Positions 49,032-58,859 of a DNA stretch of 64,000 bases are shown here, in pieces. The position numbers were made by a program, and so were the translations under genes. Numbering within the stretch: position 1 is the stretch's first letter; every line of letters starts with the position of its first letter. The notes under the pieces are model-generated. The model was not told where the DNA came from, made no database searches, and saw nothing but the letters and a program-made list of their open reading frames with translations. Source of the stretch: Vulcanimicrobiota bacterium (GTDB lineage: Bacteria; Vulcanimicrobiota; Xenobia; Xenobiales; JADMJV01); NCBI GenBank assembly GCA_050250895.1, contig JBFWNU010000001.1, positions 872,008 to 936,007 on the forward strand, read 5' to 3'.

Positions 49032-49809
49032 GCAGCGCCTTGAGTTCGCTCCAGGCCTGCGAGCCCTTCGACCGCTCGTCGGGGTCATCCCCGTAGCGCA
49101 CCCAAAAGGTGGCCTCGTCAAATAGCTCGGCGGCCGCATCGGCCTTGCGGTAGCGGTCCCGACGACCCCACTCTCCGGTGCCGTACGAAACACGCAGGCG
49201 GCGAGCCCGCTGCTTGACCTCCATGCGAACCTCGTGGGTGACCTCCTGCGGCCGGAGCTTGAGCTGGCGGACGATCAAATCGAGCAGCTCGTGGGTCAGC
49301 TTCATGAACTCCTTCTCGTTGAGAGCGGGCACGACCGGCTCGAAACTATCCAGGATCTGCTCGAAAACCCCCTCCAGGGACTCGAACCGGCTGGGGGGGC
49401 TGGCGAACGAAATGACGTAGGTCTGACCCTTGGCACTCAAAAAGACCTTCAACTGCCGGGTCACCTGACCATTGGGCAGCTTCTGGTTTAGCAGCACCTT
49501 ACGCGCGTCGCAATCGGCCACCTCGGCCTTCTCGACCTTCTCGACCTTCCAAACGTTACGCCATGCCGACTGAGACCTGTCGACGTAGGCGTCAAGATCG
49601 AAGCCATCGGGGGCGGTGGCACTGACGACTTTCACCCAGGGAGGTTGGTCGAGGACGGGAGCGGCCTGAAAGAAACCGAGAGCGTCTCTGCCGACCCTCC
49701 AGTGCTCAGGCACGGAGATCTTGAAAGAACGCTCGTCGAGAGTATGCCAGTTTTGGGCCCAGGCAACCGCACACAGCAACCACCCAAAGAATAGGACCCT
49801 GTATCGCAT
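48985..49809 (-). CDS. exported PsbP/DcrB-like protein
   Basis: signal peptide AWA; FKISVPEHW, YVISF..FEQILDSF. Confidence 0.65.
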   Translation of the reverse strand: MRYRVLFFGWLLCAVAWAQNWHTLDERSFKISVPEHWRVGRDALGFFQAAPVLDQPPWVKVVSATAPDGFDLDAYVDRSQSAWRNVWKVEKVEKAEVADCDARKVLLNQKLPNGQVTRQLKVFLSAKGQTYVISFASPPSRFESLEGVFEQILDSFEPVVPALNEKEFMKLTHELLDLIVRQLKLRPQEVTHEVRMEVKQRARRLRVSYGTGEWGRRDRYRKADAAAELFDEATFWVRYGDDPDERSKGSQAWSELKALLNPPAPRRPPNPPDE

Positions 49810-49814
49810 GAACT

Positions 49815-50702
49815 TTATTCGGTGAGGTTGACGCTGATGGGCAGCGTCTGGCCTCCTCTTTCTACGGTAAATTTCAGGTTCGGCGTGTTACGAATCTCGC
49901 GATAGGCAGCCGACAGCGCCTCGGTCCCGTTGAGGGGAAGCTCGTTGACCGAAGTTACGATATCGCCATTGCGAATGCCCAGCCGATAAAGAGGATGGGT
50001 CTGACTGGCCAGATACACCTGAAAACCGATGGTCTCGCCGTCTCGCTGAATGGGTCGCATCTTGAAGTTGCCAGGATCGGGGTTGTCGATCATGTTGCGG
50101 AGCTCGGCTTGCGAGAGCGAGCCTCCGGGCGGCGTCTCGGCCGGGGCGACCGGCTGAGCAGGAATGCCAAAACTCTGGGGAGGTTGAGCCGGAACCGGAG
50201 CGGCCGCGACCTGCTGCGACTGACCGGCGGCCATCTCGAGGGTCTGGTCCACTCCGGCCCGACGCACCACCGCGCTATACGGCCCAACCGAGACCAGCGT
50301 GTAGTCACCCCCTACGGTCTCGCCCACGCCGACCACCTCGGTGGTGCCGTTGACATCGATCATCGCCAGGGACAAACCCTGACCCGACATGGTCCCCTTG
50401 AGGGTCAATCGGGCCGTCGGTTGAGGGGGGGCCGCCTGCGAGGGCGTCCCGGGAGTTTCGGCCGCGACATCACCGGGGTCCGGCGCCGAAAGGGCCAGCA
50501 ACTCTCCCAGTCCGGGCGGGGCGGCCTTGGCCGGAGGCGGCTCGGTAGGGATGGCGGCCAATTGCACGTCGATGGGCATAGGAGCCACCGCCAACCGCTT
50601 TTCGATTACGGCCGACGTGAGGTCGGCCGCAAAAAAGGCCAGCGCGATCACCAGCGCGATGTTCAAGAATCTGAGCAAGCCCGGAGGCGGGGCCGTGGTC
50701 AT
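49815..50702 (-). CDS. gspC: type II secretion protein C
   Basis: N-terminal TM, HR domain LTLKGT..AMID..VGE, C-terminal PDZ GIRNGDIVTSVN. Confidence 0.85.
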   Translation of the reverse strand: MTTAPPPGLLRFLNIALVIALAFFAADLTSAVIEKRLAVAPMPIDVQLAAIPTEPPPAKAAPPGLGELLALSAPDPGDVAAETPGTPSQAAPPQPTARLTLKGTMSGQGLSLAMIDVNGTTEVVGVGETVGGDYTLVSVGPYSAVVRRAGVDQTLEMAAGQSQQVAAAPVPAQPPQSFGIPAQPVAPAETPPGGSLSQAELRNMIDNPDPGNFKMRPIQRDGETIGFQVYLASQTHPLYRLGIRNGDIVTSVNELPLNGTEALSAAYREIRNTPNLKFTVERGGQTLPISVNLTE

Positions 50703-51817
50703 GGTTGGTCCTCTCTGACCGCAATCGAGGCCAGCACAGGCTGTTGACCGGTCATGTCGATTTGGAAGCGTCGAATAATCTGGGACCAGCTTTCGCCCTG
50801 GTCGTGGCGCTCGAGGATCTGGCCGAGTTCAAGCTCGGCCGCCCGGGACAGAGCCAGGGCGATGCCGGCTTCGGCCATCTCGAGGTTGCGCGAAGCCAGC
50901 GCACTCACGTCAGACGTATTGGCCCCGTAGGCATGATAGAGAATCGGCAGCAGGGCTCGTTTCTCACCCGGAGTGAGGCGCTCGAGATCATAGTGCAACG
51001 ACATCTGCTCGGGAAAACGGGTGCGACGGCGGGCGCACAGGATCGTGTGGGGCGCCGTGCCGGTGAGCAGGGGATAAACGCCCGACAGGGGGCCCTGGGT
51101 CAGCACATCGGGACGCAACCCGAAAGCCAGCGTCACCTCCGACCAGGGCAAATCCTCGCCCAGTCGCGCCGCCAGCATCGACTCCATCGGCAAGGGCTTA
51201 TGGTAAGCGATCACCCCGGCCATCACCCAATCGGCCGTGACCAGCCCTTTGCCGGCGGGTTTGGTCAACATCTCTTCGGGCACGCCAAGGGGGTCGTCGA
51301 GCACGGCCCGAATATTCTTGATTTCGTCCCCCGAGAGGTGGAAGCGATTCTGCAACACCTCGGAAGGCACCGACGGTTCGAAGGCGTTGATCACCAAGTC
51401 CTTGGCCAGACCCGGATAGACATCGGGCAAAAAGTGGAGCACCGGGGGCGGTGAATCGTTGCGACCAAACCACAGAATCTGGCGGATGGGATCGGGCAAG
51501 CTGTCGGCGTCGAGCTCGATCTCCTCGGCGATTTCACGCCAGCGTTTTCCGCCGCGCAGACGTCGCAACTCGAGCACTTCGTTGAGCGAGGCCCCCTGAC
51601 CCATCATGGCCAGGGCCACCAGGGTCTCGGCATAAGAGTAGCCCCCAATAAGCATCTCTTGCGGAACCCGTTCCGGAATGCGGTAAGCTCTGGCCATCCA
51701 AGCGCTAGCCAGCCGAGCATCCGCGGCCGCCCGCTCATGTCGCTCTCGAAATTCCGTTTGACCCCACGCCCCAACCGTCAATAAGAAAGCCAGCAGGAGC
51801 GTCCACCGTCGTTTCAT
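50699..51817 (-). CDS. exported hypothetical protein with three internal helical repeats
   Basis: signal peptide MKRRWTLLLAFLLTVGAWG; ATGA overlap with gspC. Confidence 0.75.
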   Translation of the reverse strand: MKRRWTLLLAFLLTVGAWGQTEFRERHERAAADARLASAWMARAYRIPERVPQEMLIGGYSYAETLVALAMMGQGASLNEVLELRRLRGGKRWREIAEEIELDADSLPDPIRQILWFGRNDSPPPVLHFLPDVYPGLAKDLVINAFEPSVPSEVLQNRFHLSGDEIKNIRAVLDDPLGVPEEMLTKPAGKGLVTADWVMAGVIAYHKPLPMESMLAARLGEDLPWSEVTLAFGLRPDVLTQGPLSGVYPLLTGTAPHTILCARRRTRFPEQMSLHYDLERLTPGEKRALLPILYHAYGANTSDVSALASRNLEMAEAGIALALSRAAELELGQILERHDQGESWSQIIRRFQIDMTGQQPVLASIAVREDQP

Positions 51818-51915
51818 GCCCAATGGGTTCCCTGAGGAACCTCAACTTCCTCCGCAAGTCGATGGGCAACCTGTCAAATCACAGGGTAGAACGCCTCGGG
51901 CGAGAAAAACTATTG

Positions 51916-52287
51916 ATGGATATTCAAGAGCCCAAGAGAACCGGCTTTAGCCTTCTCGAAGTGCTGGCCGCCATGGCCATCGCGGCTCTTACTTTCGGAG
52001 TACTGTTGCGCTCGGTAAGCCTCCAGATCTTGACCATCAGCCGCGCCACCGGGCGCTACCAGTCCCTGGCCTACGCCTCAGCCCTGCTTGAACGCAAGAT
52101 GGCCGAGGGGGTCACCGAGGACGAAGCCGTGTCGGCCGAACTCGACAGCTACTCCTATAGTATCGACACTCACGTGGTCACGGCCGACCCCCGGGTCCAG
52201 CAGGTCGAGGTCAAGGTCAGCGCCAACCAGGGCGGCGGAGCCAGCCTTTCAGCCTATCGCCTGCGCATCCGACGGAGGAAGCAATGA
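51916..52287 (+). CDS. gspI: minor pseudopilin GspI-like
   Basis: G|FSLLEVL prepilin cleavage motif. Confidence 0.75.
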   Translation: MDIQEPKRTGFSLLEVLAAMAIAALTFGVLLRSVSLQILTISRATGRYQSLAYASALLERKMAEGVTEDEAVSAELDSYSYSIDTHVVTADPRVQQVEVKVSANQGGGASLSAYRLRIRRRKQ

Positions 52288-52868
52288 GAGGGTTCACTCT
52301 GGCCGAGGTGCTCGTGGCCCTGGGGTTAGTGGTGATGATCTATGCCCTGGTAGGCTTCACTACGCTTCAGGTAGCGCGCTACACCCGGCGCTCCCAGGAA
52401 GCCGCCACCCGCAAGCAGCGGCTCATCGGAGCTTCCAACCAGTTGCGCTGGCAACTGCGTTGCCTGTCCGCCCCGACCGGAGCCCAGGCCCTGGCCGGTC
52501 AACGGACCGATACCGAGGGCCGCGATCGGCTTCGCTTTCTGACCAGCCGGCCGGCCAAAGACCGCGGGGTGGTCGAAGTGGCCTACGAGATTCAAGAGAT
52601 CGATGACAAACCGGTGCTGATGTATCGCGAATTTCCGTATCGATTCAAAGATCAGCTACGACCGATCAGTGATCAACAAGAGGCGCCCTGGAGACCCTTG
52701 AGTCCGGTGGTTCACTCGCTAGAGCTAGAGTATTCAACCGATGGCAAGGTGTGGCAGAAAGAGTGGGACGAAAAGGATCCGCCCAAAGCCATTCGGGCCG
52801 CCCTACTGGCCGATGGAGACGAAGTCCGGTTTGAAGTCATTCCCGGGGTGGTGGCTCCTCGATGGTGA
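52284..52868 (+). CDS. gspJ: minor pseudopilin GspJ-like
   Basis: MRG|FTLAEVL; W..EW..P.AI C-terminal motif. Confidence 0.8.
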   Translation: MRGFTLAEVLVALGLVVMIYALVGFTTLQVARYTRRSQEAATRKQRLIGASNQLRWQLRCLSAPTGAQALAGQRTDTEGRDRLRFLTSRPAKDRGVVEVAYEIQEIDDKPVLMYREFPYRFKDQLRPISDQQEAPWRPLSPVVHSLELEYSTDGKVWQKEWDEKDPPKAIRAALLADGDEVRFEVIPGVVAPRW

Positions 52869-53857
52869 TCCTGGTGGTTCTAGGCATGCTTTTGATCGCT
52901 CTCTCGTTTTCGACCCAGCTCGCCAACGTGGCCACCGAACTCGATCGTCAACAGCGTAACCTGGCGGGCCGCGAAACCAACTACATGGTGGCCCGCTCGG
53001 CCTTCGAGCTGGCCCTGCAACTGGTCCAGGCCGACGACAACGACACTGACGGACCGGGCGACCTGTGGGCCACCGGCCCCCAGCAGCTCGATTGGGAGGG
53101 CCACAATTTGAGGGTCGAGGTGCAAGACGAGGAGCGCCGCCTGCCCCTCTCGGGGCTGGTCAGCGAGCCTGCCGAGGGTGGCTCTCCCCAGGAGCCATCC
53201 CCCGAGCAACTGGCCATGCGTCTTGCCTTAGAGCGGTTTCTCGATCGGGCGGGCCAACCCTCACAGCGGGCCACAGCCGCCCTCATCGACTGGATCGACT
53301 CGGACAGCCAACCGCAGCCTGGCGGCACCGAGCGCAGCGAGCTCGACGGCTACCAGATCAAGAATGCCCCCATCGACAACCTCAACGAACTGCGCTACAT
53401 TGCCGGATGGGGTAACCCCAGCCTGAACAGACCCCGCCCACTGGCCAGCGCAGGAACCGGCGAAGTGGAGGGGCTGGAAGCCCCCCCCGAGGGTGGATTG
53501 CAAATAGGCAACAGTACCTGGTCGGACTGGTTGACCCCTTACTCGGAAGGAAAGGTCAACATCAATACCGCACCCGAAGAGATACTGCTAGCATTGGACG
53601 GGGACATGACCGAGGCTCTGGTGACGGAAATCATCACCCGGCGCCAGGAAAAGGCCCTGGCCTCAGAACAGGATCTGCAAGAAATCACCGGCATCAATCC
53701 CGACCTGGCCTTCCGCCTGAGTCGACTGATCACCTATAAAAGCCGCCATTTCCGAATTCGCGTCGTGGTCGACGACCAGCCCGGTCGCATTCGCCTCGAA
53801 GCCGTGGTGCGGCGCGACCAGCAAAACCCTCGCGTGCTTTCCTGGGAGGTCAATTAG
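52862..53857 (+). CDS. gspK: type II secretion protein K
   Basis: DEERRL, LIDWIDSD, ELRYIAG, KVNINTAPEEIL. Confidence 0.88.
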   Translation: MVILVVLGMLLIALSFSTQLANVATELDRQQRNLAGRETNYMVARSAFELALQLVQADDNDTDGPGDLWATGPQQLDWEGHNLRVEVQDEERRLPLSGLVSEPAEGGSPQEPSPEQLAMRLALERFLDRAGQPSQRATAALIDWIDSDSQPQPGGTERSELDGYQIKNAPIDNLNELRYIAGWGNPSLNRPRPLASAGTGEVEGLEAPPEGGLQIGNSTWSDWLTPYSEGKVNINTAPEEILLALDGDMTEALVTEIITRRQEKALASEQDLQEITGINPDLAFRLSRLITYKSRHFRIRVVVDDQPGRIRLEAVVRRDQQNPRVLSWEVN

Positions 53858-53859
53858 TC

Positions 53860-55179
53860 ATGCTGCGCTACACCGGCATCGACGGCGGAGCCACGGGCAC
53901 ACGCGAGGTGACCGTGCCTCTTTTGGGAGGCGGCGCCAGCCTGGGTGGCGGAGGCCGACAGGCGGCGGCCGTCTCGTCGGCCGACCTCACTTTTCGCCGC
54001 ATCGGATTACCGGCCGCCAATCGTGAAGTTCGCCGCCAGGTGATCCAGGAAGAACTCACCTACTCTCTCCCCTTCTCGCTCAACGAGGCCGCCTGGGACT
54101 GGGTGGAAGAAAGCAACGAAGCCTGGGTAGTGGTGGCCCCGCGCGACAAGGTCGAGTTAACCCAGCGCCGGGCGCCTGGTGCGCGGCTCGACGCCGAGCC
54201 GCTTTGTTACTTGCGGGCCGCTCAGGCGGCCGAGATCCGATCGGCTCTGGTGATCGACTTCGGAGCTTCGCGGACCACCTTTTGCGCGCTCACCGGTCAG
54301 CGCATCGATTGGGTCAGGGTCATGCTACGAGGTGGTGACGCCCTCACCCATAGGCTGGCCGCCTCCAAAGGCGACGCCGACGCCGCTGAGCAACTCAAGC
54401 GCTCGCAAGGCACCGACTTGCGCGAGTGCGGTCTATTCTTGCGCGACCTACTCGACGAGGCCTTCCTGCCCGAACCGTTCCCTTATGATTTCGTGCTGGT
54501 TTGCGGGGGCGGCTCGGCCCTGCCCGGCCTGCTCGACTTTCTGCGCGGCTATTTTCCCTCCCATGTCGACGTGCGGCCCTTCCCCATGCCCACCAGCCTC
54601 AGCCACGAACGTCATGTAGTGGCCTACGGCGCGGCCCTGGGAGGCCGTCCGGGAGCGCTGTCGGTCACCTTGCGCCGACGCGAGGTGGAACGAAAGGCCA
54701 CCGCCAACTGGACCTGGATGCTGTGGGTTCCGGTGCTGGCGGGCCTGGTTGCGGCCAATCTCGAAACGCGCCACAACACCTTGAGCGCCCGCCGTGACGC
54801 CGCCCGCCAGGTGCTGGTGGAAGCGGCCACTCCGATCGTGGCGGAGGCCGCCAACCTGCCCCCTCAGGAGATTATCAAGCAGGTCGAGACCCACATCCAG
54901 GACCGCAAGAAAGTCCTGGCGGCCTCGCCTGGTGCCCTGGTTGATGCTCTGGGCCGCTCATCGGCCGCCTTCCGCGCTAACGAGGGGTCAGACCTTCGCA
55001 ACGTGGAGTACGACGATGAGAAGATCAAGTTGGAGGGCAAAGTGGTGGGCCTGGCCCAGACCGAAGCCATCAAGAGCGCGCTGTCGGAAATCTTCGTGGG
55101 AGTCGAGCAGGTAAAAACCCGTCCCGGAGCCGACGACACCTTCGTCTTCACTATCGAAGGAAAGCTGCCCGAACCCTGA
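53860..55179 (+). CDS. gspL: GspL/PilM-like actin-fold protein
   Basis: IDFGASRT, CGGGSALPGL, one TM, periplasmic domain. Confidence 0.75.
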   Translation: MLRYTGIDGGATGTREVTVPLLGGGASLGGGGRQAAAVSSADLTFRRIGLPAANREVRRQVIQEELTYSLPFSLNEAAWDWVEESNEAWVVVAPRDKVELTQRRAPGARLDAEPLCYLRAAQAAEIRSALVIDFGASRTTFCALTGQRIDWVRVMLRGGDALTHRLAASKGDADAAEQLKRSQGTDLRECGLFLRDLLDEAFLPEPFPYDFVLVCGGGSALPGLLDFLRGYFPSHVDVRPFPMPTSLSHERHVVAYGAALGGRPGALSVTLRRREVERKATANWTWMLWVPVLAGLVAANLETRHNTLSARRDAARQVLVEAATPIVAEAANLPPQEIIKQVETHIQDRKKVLAASPGALVDALGRSSAAFRANEGSDLRNVEYDDEKIKLEGKVVGLAQTEAIKSALSEIFVGVEQVKTRPGADDTFVFTIEGKLPEP

Positions 55180-55655
55180 TGACCCAGCCGCAGACCGTCA
55201 ATCCCTGGATCAAGTATGGGGCCGTCATCCTGCTGACGCTGGTCTTCATCTATGGTTATGCTTTGCCTCGCAAACACAGCGTTGAAGCCCTCGAGCAAGA
55301 GATCGTCGGCCTGGAGTCGGCCCGGGGTGACCTGGCCAAACTGCTGCCCGAGGTCTCTCGTCTACGCCAGAGGGTTCCCGATCCGCCCAGCGCGGACCAG
55401 AAGATTGATCTGCGTTCCTGGATTGCCAAGAATGCTCTGACCGGCCTCGAGAAGAACCTGACCAGCAACGACACCTTCGCTCAGGGGGCCGGCGCTGCCG
55501 TCAAACTGCGGAAGATGTCACCCGCACAGGTGGTGCGTTTCATGGGCGAACTCACTCGCGTCAATCTGATGCTCGAACGCCTGGTCCTCAACGACTGGGA
55601 CGGCGATGGTCGCTGGGACCTCGAACTGATGGTGAAGGTGCCTACCAACAAATGA
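55179..55655 (+). CDS. gspM: GspM-like protein
   Basis: position, N-terminal TM, coiled coil. Confidence 0.6.
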   Translation: MTQPQTVNPWIKYGAVILLTLVFIYGYALPRKHSVEALEQEIVGLESARGDLAKLLPEVSRLRQRVPDPPSADQKIDLRSWIAKNALTGLEKNLTSNDTFAQGAGAAVKLRKMSPAQVVRFMGELTRVNLMLERLVLNDWDGDGRWDLELMVKVPTNK

Positions 55656-56383
55656 AGATTTTCGGCCGCGTCGTTCTGGGGGTCATCCTCTATCTGCTCT
55701 TTCTGGTCTGGCTCTTTCCTTATGACAGTCTGGTCGAGCGCACCATTCGCAACCTTGAATCCACGACCGGGGCCTCGGTCTCTTATACTCCGGTCTCGGC
55801 CGGTCCCACCGGAGTGCGCCTCAAGAACGTGACCGTAGCCCTGCCTTCGGGAGCCACCCTGACGGTGGCCGAGGCCAGGGCCTTTCCCACCCGCGAAGGT
55901 ATCTGGGCAGAACTCAAGCAAGATCAGGGCCTGTGCCAGGTGCGCCTGGATTATCGGCGAGTCGACCTGGAGATGGATTCGCTCGAAATCGACACCGGCT
56001 CGTCACAGTTTGGGGTGTCTCGATTTACGGGCACCATGGGCTACGAACTTCAGGAGCGCACCGGCAAGGGCGAACTGCATCTGGCCATGCCGAAGTTCCA
56101 GGCTCCTCTGATTCCCGAAACTTCCATCGATGTGGGTGGACCCTTTGAGATTCACAACAGTGGCACTGCTTTAGCTCCGCACAGCAGCGTCACCGCCGAC
56201 CTGAAGCTCGTGAGCGGAGACAGTAGTTTTTCGGCCAGTGGCCCGGTGGTCATTCAAGCTCAACCCGCGGGAGGATCGCCTTTGTTGAGCGGTAACCTGC
56301 GGTTTGAGGCACCAACGGGCCGGGGCATGCTGAGACTTGGAGGAACGTGGGGCGATCCAACCTGGACGGTCATCCCTAATTAA
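55652..56383 (+). CDS. gspN: GspN-like protein
   Basis: N-terminal TM then FPYDSL motif; beta-rich. Confidence 0.65.
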   Translation: MKIFGRVVLGVILYLLFLVWLFPYDSLVERTIRNLESTTGASVSYTPVSAGPTGVRLKNVTVALPSGATLTVAEARAFPTREGIWAELKQDQGLCQVRLDYRRVDLEMDSLEIDTGSSQFGVSRFTGTMGYELQERTGKGELHLAMPKFQAPLIPETSIDVGGPFEIHNSGTALAPHSSVTADLKLVSGDSSFSASGPVVIQAQPAGGSPLLSGNLRFEAPTGRGMLRLGGTWGDPTWTVIPN

Positions 56384-56387
56384 CCAT

Positions 56388-58859
56388 ATGAAGACACGGT
56401 CTGTACAAAAATTCTGGGCAAGCCTCCTGCTGGTGAGCTTTTGCCTCTTGCCGGTAGCGGCCCAACCCCCGGGACCTCCACCCAAACAGCCTCGCCTGCT
56501 CGAAGGGAAAGCCGAGACCCTGCGCAACGGCCGAATCTTGCTTAACTACGAGGATATCGACATCCGCCTCATGGGTCGATTGATGGCCGAGTTGACCGGT
56601 CGCAACGTCGTCTTCGACCAGAATGTCCAGGGCAAGCTGACCGTGCTCTCGGCCCGCGAGGTCACCCCCGAGGAAGCCTGGGACATCTTCAGAGTGGCTC
56701 TCGAACGCTACGGCTTTGGCGTCTACGAGCGACCCGGCTTCACTCAGATCGTGCCTCTCAAAGACACTCGTTATCAAAGCCCGGTGCTGGTCAACCCCAA
56801 GGGAGGCATCCCTACCGACATGGCCCTGGCCGTCTTGTTGTTCAAGAACGCCGATGTCAATATTCTTCAGAACACCATTCGACCGCTGCTGAGCGAGGTC
56901 GGTCAGGTGCAGCCTTATCAGCCCGGGCAAGCCCTCATCATCGTCGACAAGGCGCCGATCGTAAAGCAGGTGGCTTCCATCGCCAGGACCATCGACGTAG
57001 CTCATCCCGAGATGCACACCTCGGTGGTCTATCCCAAATACGCCCGAGCCGAGCAACTGGTGCCGGTCATTGACCAACTCCTCAATCGACCGGGTGTCAC
57101 CAACGAGGCCCGCGTCCAGGTGCGCGCCTTCGAGGCCGCCAACGCGGTGGTAACTCAAGGCACCAAGCAGCAGATTCTCGAGGTCAAAAGGTTGCTGGCC
57201 CGCCTCGACATCCCTTCGGCCGCTCCTGAAGACGTGCAGGAACCAAAATTCTACGTCTATCAGTTGCAGCACGCCCAGGCCGAAGATGTGGCCAAGATTC
57301 TGTCCGAGATGCTGAGCGAAAAGCAGGCCCTGCAAGAGCAACGGTTGCGTGACAACCCCCAGGCTCTGCGGCAAGCCGCTGCTGCCCAACCGGGTGGGGT
57401 AGCCACGCCGGACACCGCCACCCCTAACGGAGCGGCCCCCACCACGGCGACCGGCACCGCCGGCGAGAAGGTCCCCTTCGTATCGGCCAAAGTGGCCTCG
57501 GACCCCGAAACCAACTCCTTGATTCTCTATGTGTCGCCCTCTCAGTACGACGAGGTCGCGGGCCTGGTCCAGGTGCTCGACGCCCCCCGTCGCCAGGTGC
57601 TGGTGACGGCCGTCGTGGCCGAGGTAACCCTCAACCGCATGCTCGAGAGCGGTGCAGCCTTCCAACTACTCACCGACGGCGGTGTGGTCTCGACCTTCAA
57701 AGGAGGTCTGAGCGAAGAGGGACTGCTCTCGTTCCTGGCTTCGGGCAACTTCATCCTGGGAGCGGTCGGCTCAGGCTCGCGGACCGTCAACGTCAACGGA
57801 CGAGACGTGGAAGTACCGGAGCTCTTTGCCTTCTTGACCGGTCAAAAGCAGAACTCCGACTTCAACCTGATCTCGGCCCCGCGCATCATGACCGAAGACC
57901 ACAAAGAGGCGGAAATGAATGTGGGCAACGTGGTGCCCTTCGCCACCGGCGCTCAATTCAATAACTTCGGCCAACCCACCATCACCTATGACTATCGCGA
58001 CGTCGGTATCAAGCTCAAAGTCACTCCCCACGTAAGCCAGTCCGACTCGATTCGCCTGGAACTTGACCAGGAAGTTCAGGAAGTCACCGACTTCCTCGAG
58101 CAAGACCTCGGCGGCTTCGGCTACGTGGTGCCGTTGATTTCCAACCGTAACGTCAAGACCACCGTCACCGTGAAGGACGGTCAGACCCTGCTGATCGGCG
58201 GATTGATCTCCAAGCGCACCACCGAAACCATGACCAAGGTGCCGATCCTGGGCGACATTCCGCTCATCCAGAACCTGTTCCGCGAATTGCGCAAGGAAGA
58301 AGCCAAAACGACTCTGTTCATCTCGCTGACTCCCCACATCGTGGAGCGTCCCGAAGAAATCAAGCGCATCGACCGTCCCTATCAGCAATTCCTCAAGGGT
58401 GATCAGAACCCGCGCGACCACCAACCCGAGGTGCGCGACACCAAGCAGAAGGAAGACTTCGTCTCGCCCTACGACAGCGCCCCGGCCCCGCCGCCGGTGC
58501 GGCTGCGTCCAGAAGACAACGGCTTGAACGAGCACAGCAGCAACGGAGTTCAATTGATCGGTCTGCGCATGGCCGCCCCTCCTTTGGCCGGCGAGCAGAG
58601 CCACCCGGTCGTGACTCTCGCCAACCATGCCGGCCGGGGCATGGAACTGGTGCTCATCGGCACCGTACGAGCCCCTGACGGAACGCGCACCGAGCTGAAA
58701 TCCGACTCGATTCGCCTCACCACCGGACAGACCCGCGAGGTGAGCCTACCCGCCTATGAATTCGGCGCCAAAGGCGTCTATGAGTTCGATGTCTCGGCCT
58801 GGGAACGGGAAGACCTGGTGGGACGGCTGCCGCTCCCCCAGAAGGTCCAACTCAAATGA
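56388..58859 (+). CDS. gspD: type II secretion secretin GspD with C-terminal extension
   Basis: LNYEDIDIR, QVLVTAVVAEV, DVGIKLKVTPHV, KVPILGDIPLIQNLF. Confidence 0.93.
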   Translation: MKTRSVQKFWASLLLVSFCLLPVAAQPPGPPPKQPRLLEGKAETLRNGRILLNYEDIDIRLMGRLMAELTGRNVVFDQNVQGKLTVLSAREVTPEEAWDIFRVALERYGFGVYERPGFTQIVPLKDTRYQSPVLVNPKGGIPTDMALAVLLFKNADVNILQNTIRPLLSEVGQVQPYQPGQALIIVDKAPIVKQVASIARTIDVAHPEMHTSVVYPKYARAEQLVPVIDQLLNRPGVTNEARVQVRAFEAANAVVTQGTKQQILEVKRLLARLDIPSAAPEDVQEPKFYVYQLQHAQAEDVAKILSEMLSEKQALQEQRLRDNPQALRQAAAAQPGGVATPDTATPNGAAPTTATGTAGEKVPFVSAKVASDPETNSLILYVSPSQYDEVAGLVQVLDAPRRQVLVTAVVAEVTLNRMLESGAAFQLLTDGGVVSTFKGGLSEEGLLSFLASGNFILGAVGSGSRTVNVNGRDVEVPELFAFLTGQKQNSDFNLISAPRIMTEDHKEAEMNVGNVVPFATGAQFNNFGQPTITYDYRDVGIKLKVTPHVSQSDSIRLELDQEVQEVTDFLEQDLGGFGYVVPLISNRNVKTTVTVKDGQTLLIGGLISKRTTETMTKVPILGDIPLIQNLFRELRKEEAKTTLFISLTPHIVERPEEIKRIDRPYQQFLKGDQNPRDHQPEVRDTKQKEDFVSPYDSAPAPPPVRLRPEDNGLNEHSSNGVQLIGLRMAAPPLAGEQSHPVVTLANHAGRGMELVLIGTVRAPDGTRTELKSDSIRLTTGQTREVSLPAYEFGAKGVYEFDVSAWEREDLVGRLPLPQKVQLK

